Below, piece after piece: positions 60,992 to 64,000 of a stretch of DNA of 64,000 nt. A program made the translations under genes and the position numbers. Below the pieces are notes generated by a model. That model was not told the origin of the DNA. It saw nothing but the letters and a program-made list of their open reading frames with translations, and did not search any database. How positions within the stretch are numbered: position 1 is the stretch's first letter; the number at the start of each line of letters is the position of its first letter. This DNA is from Longimicrobiales bacterium (lineage in GTDB: Bacteria; Gemmatimonadota; Gemmatimonadetes; Longimicrobiales; Gaopeijiaceae), in assembly GCA_965219445.1 (NCBI GenBank), contig CBDCNQ010000001.1:224001-288000 (forward strand), written 5' to 3'.

Positions 60992-62104
60992 GTGGAGTCG
61001 TCACCCATAGAGAGTACCCCCTCGTTTGGCCGCTTCTTCCTTCCGGGTCCGACGGAGGTCCATCCGGAAGTGCTGAGCGCCCAGAACCGCGCTCTAATCG
61101 GGCACCGAGGACCAGCCATCAAGGAGCTCGTGGGCGATCTGCAGACCGGGCTCAAAGATCTGTTCCGCACGGAGAGTCCGGTCCTGATATCAACATCGTC
61201 CGCGACCGGTCTGATGGAGGCTGCCGTTCGAAACGGAGCCCGATCTCGCGTTCTGAGTCTGGTGAACGGCGCCTTCAGCCAGCGGTTCGGCCAAATCGCA
61301 GAGGCCTGTGGATTCGAGGTCGAAAAGCTCGAGGTGGAGTGGGGCCAGACCATCACCGCTGACCAGGTGCGTGAGAAATTGGCTTCGGGTGGGTTCGATG
61401 CCGTTACGGTTGTTCACTCAGAGACGTCCACCGGCGCCTTGAACCCCGTCAACCAGATTGCGGAGGCCGTCCGAGAGCAGGACGACGTAGTACTTCTGGT
61501 AGACTCGGTGACGGGTGTGGGAGGGGCGGAGGTTCGGACCGACGAGTGGGCTTTGGACTTCGTGCTCACCGGATCGCAAAAAGCTCTCGCGTTGCCCCCC
61601 GGCCTCTCCTTCGGCGTGGCCTCTGAACGCCTCCTGGCGCGTTCCGCCGATGCTAAGAAGAAGGGGGTCTATTTCGATCTGGTCTCGTTTCTGAAGCAGC
61701 TCGACAATCTCCAGACCCCGAACACGCCCGCGATTACACTTTTCTACGCCCTAGCCAAGCAGTTGGACCGGATACGGCTGGAGGGGTTGGAGGCTCGATG
61801 GGACCGTCACCGGGCGATGGCCGACCGGTGCGTCCAGTGGGTGGACATGATGTGTCAGCAGAGAGGGGTGGCTTTGTCGGTACTTGCGCCCGAGGGGTCC
61901 CGTTCTCCCACGGTGACCTGCGTGGGGCTTCCGGAGGGGACGACCGGGCCGTCGGTGGTCTCGGCGATGAAAGAGAGAGGCTTCACGATCGGCGGGGGGT
62001 ACGGTAAGCTGAAGGAGACCGCGTTCCGAGTCGGTCATATGGGTGACCATACCGTGGCCGAACTCGATGCGGTGCTGGACGCTCTAGGGGAGGTACTCTC
62101 GTGA
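60992..62104 (+). CDS. class V aminotransferase (serine-pyruvate/alanine-glyoxylate type), probable SerC substitute
   Basis: PGPT, GHR, HSETSTG, GSQKALALPPG, TPNTP, FRVGHMG; GTGA overlap with serA. Confidence 0.9.
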   Translation: MESSPIESTPSFGRFFLPGPTEVHPEVLSAQNRALIGHRGPAIKELVGDLQTGLKDLFRTESPVLISTSSATGLMEAAVRNGARSRVLSLVNGAFSQRFGQIAEACGFEVEKLEVEWGQTITADQVREKLASGGFDAVTVVHSETSTGALNPVNQIAEAVREQDDVVLLVDSVTGVGGAEVRTDEWALDFVLTGSQKALALPPGLSFGVASERLLARSADAKKKGVYFDLVSFLKQLDNLQTPNTPAITLFYALAKQLDRIRLEGLEARWDRHRAMADRCVQWVDMMCQQRGVALSVLAPEGSRSPTVTCVGLPEGTTGPSVVSAMKERGFTIGGGYGKLKETAFRVGHMGDHTVAELDAVLDALGEVLS

Positions 62105-63705
62105 GTGAGAGATTCGTGGTCATCGCGGGCGACAAGATCTCCCTTTCGGGCCTGACACCCCTGACCGAGGATGACCGCTTCGAGGTCCTGGTGCCCGACG
62201 GTTGGACGCCAGAGGAGATGCAGGAGGCGTTAGGCCGGGCCCACGGTCTCATCGTTCGAAGTGAGACCAAAGTGAACCGCGAGCTTCTGGATCAGGCTCC
62301 GAATCTGAAGGTGGTTGGCCGCGCCGGGGTGGGGGTCGACAACATCGATCTCGAAGTCGCAACCGAGCTCGGGATCCCGGTGATCAACGCTCCGGAGGGT
62401 AACACGGTGTCCGCGGCTGAACTCGCCATGGCGCTCATTCTGACGGTTGCGCGTAACGTGTCTTGGGCAGACGCGTCCGTGCGGAGCGGTGCATGGGCTC
62501 GATCTCAGTTCTCTGGAATGGAAATTCGCGGCAAGACTCTGGGACTCGTCGGTGCGGGGCGGATCGGGACCGAGGTCACGATGCGCGCGCAGGCCTTCGG
62601 GATGGAGGCGATCGCGTACGATCCCTACCTGACCGAAGAGCGTGCCAAGGATCTAGGAATCGAGCGGGTCGAGCTCAGTGACGTGATCGCTCGCGGGGAT
62701 GTGATCTCGTTGCACGTTCCGCTCACGCCGGAAACGGAGGACATGATCGGCGAGGATGAACTCAAGGCCATGAAGCCGACGGCCGTCCTGGTCAATGCGG
62801 CGCGGGGTGGTGTGGTCAATGAGGCTGCTCTGGTTGCGGCACTTGAATCGGGAGAGATCGCGGCCGCCGCGCTCGACGTGTACGCGACCGAGCCACTTCC
62901 CGAGGACAGTCCGCTGAGGGGAACGAAGAACCTGGTTCTCACGCCGCATCTCGGGGCTTCGACCGGGGAGGCCCAGGAGTTGGTCGCGACCGAGATCGCA
63001 CGGGGTGTGAGCGCGGCGCTGCTCGACGGGGACCTGTCGAAAGCTCTGAACGCTCCAGCGATCGGAGGGGAGGACCTGGAGTACCTCAGACCTCTCATGG
63101 ATCTCGCGGGTCGGGTTGGGCGCGTGGTCGGCGTCCTGGGGCGGGGCGGGATGCAGCGGGCCGACATCTCCGTCGCGGGGCTGGATGAGGAGATCCTCGG
63201 GCCGTTGACGGCGGCGGCCATGACTGGGATGCTCACACCCGTGGTGGGCGTGCGGAACGTAAACTACGTCAACGCCCTCCACATCGCCGAAGGACGGGGT
63301 ATTGAGATCACCACGACGCTGCAGCCCCCGCGGGGTGACTATGCCAAGTTCCTCGAGATCGTTCTGGAGACCGAGGACCAGAAGGTGCGCGTGGCCGGTG
63401 CGCTACTGGGGGAGCACCATCATCCTCGGATCGTGCAGATCGACGGGTATGAGTTGAGTGTGCAGCCCGAAGGGTGTCTGATGGTACTCCGGAACAATGA
63501 TGTCCCGGGCGTCATCGGGAGGGTGGGGACCCTCTTGGCGGCGCACGGTTTGAATATCGCCGAGTACATCCAGTCGAGAGAGGCCAAGGGTGGCCTCGCG
63601 TTGGCCGCCGTGTCCGTCGATGGTAACGTCAGCCCTGAGTTTCTAGCGACTCTTTCCGAGGACGACGACATCCTGGACGCGCGGGCCGTTTACTTCGACA
63701 GCTGA
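62101..63705 (+). CDS. serA: D-3-phosphoglycerate dehydrogenase (long form with ACT)
   Basis: [51 protein letters not shown]. Confidence 0.95.
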   Translation: MSERFVVIAGDKISLSGLTPLTEDDRFEVLVPDGWTPEEMQEALGRAHGLIVRSETKVNRELLDQAPNLKVVGRAGVGVDNIDLEVATELGIPVINAPEGNTVSAAELAMALILTVARNVSWADASVRSGAWARSQFSGMEIRGKTLGLVGAGRIGTEVTMRAQAFGMEAIAYDPYLTEERAKDLGIERVELSDVIARGDVISLHVPLTPETEDMIGEDELKAMKPTAVLVNAARGGVVNEAALVAALESGEIAAAALDVYATEPLPEDSPLRGTKNLVLTPHLGASTGEAQELVATEIARGVSAALLDGDLSKALNAPAIGGEDLEYLRPLMDLAGRVGRVVGVLGRGGMQRADISVAGLDEEILGPLTAAAMTGMLTPVVGVRNVNYVNALHIAEGRGIEITTTLQPPRGDYAKFLEIVLETEDQKVRVAGALLGEHHHPRIVQIDGYELSVQPEGCLMVLRNNDVPGVIGRVGTLLAAHGLNIAEYIQSREAKGGLALAAVSVDGNVSPEFLATLSEDDDILDARAVYFDS

Positions 63706-63725
63706 GCGGGGTCAGTGGACTCGTG

Positions 63726-64000
63726 TTACCGTATGACGTTGTACTCTCTCGGGACACGGGTCACGGCTGCGATGTCGATCGCGTCAACGGTCCTTCCCCA
63801 TTCCTGACACGGTCGTCGCCTTGAGAAGCGAGTTGTAGATCGCTTCTTCCGTGGCCTCCACTGTGCCCTCGAAAAGCGCCGACAGGCCACTGTTCGGTAC
63901 CTCCACGGACTCGGTCCACTCCTCGCCCAGCGTGCGTCGTACTCCAGGTGCCGTGGAGAACGCGATGACGTAGTCACCACTTCCGTTTCCGGCGAGGGAG
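63726..64000 (-). CDS. 3' end of DmpA/P1 (S58) family peptidase, frameshifted near C-terminus
   Basis: GNGSGDYVIAFST...EATEEAIYNSLLKATTVSGMG, then an early stop; the natural-looking tail RTVDAIDIAAV...YNVIR* lies in another frame. Confidence 0.8.
   Translation of the reverse strand, partial: PSPETEVVTTSSRSPRHLEYDARWARSGPSPWRYRTVACRRFSRAQWRPRKKRSTTRFSRRRPCQEWGRTVDAIDIAAVTRVPREYNVIR

Overview
GC-rich bacterial chromosome segment with high coding density; gene content resembles Gemmatimonadota (inference only). No rRNA, tRNA, CRISPR array or mobile element was seen. In order: a self-contained type II fatty-acid/lipid cassette (fabA-like, fabZ, ketosynthase, ACP, acyltransferase, PPTase); an APC permease fused to PTS-EIIA and RCK_C domains; an aminotransferase and an RsmC-like methyltransferase; a three-gene 2-oxoacid oxidoreductase (GltD-like flavoprotein plus alpha and beta); thiC under a TPP riboswitch; two pilin-like genes; ettA; a Tat-exported two-domain multicopper oxidase plus ZIP transporter operon with a DtxR/MntR-type palindrome over its promoter; convergent hemY/hemH; a ~15.4 kb nine-gene MoxR/VWA/DUF58/DUF4159/TPR-peptidase/caspase-fold operon; ferritin, cyclophilin, infA, HU; a catalytically dead CsdA-like DEAD-box protein near an intact DEAD-box helicase; an LMW-PTP plus fructosamine kinase pair; cNMP-GGDEF; DtxR; apaG; an M16 peptidase; a COG3044-type ATPase; typA; a deaminase; a class V aminotransferase with serA; and a frameshifted DmpA-like end. 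Best candidates for undescribed systems are the MCO-ZIP metal module, the MoxR operon with its Cys-to-Ser caspase-fold protein, and the pseudo-helicase operon. All calls come from reading motifs by eye; no searches were run.
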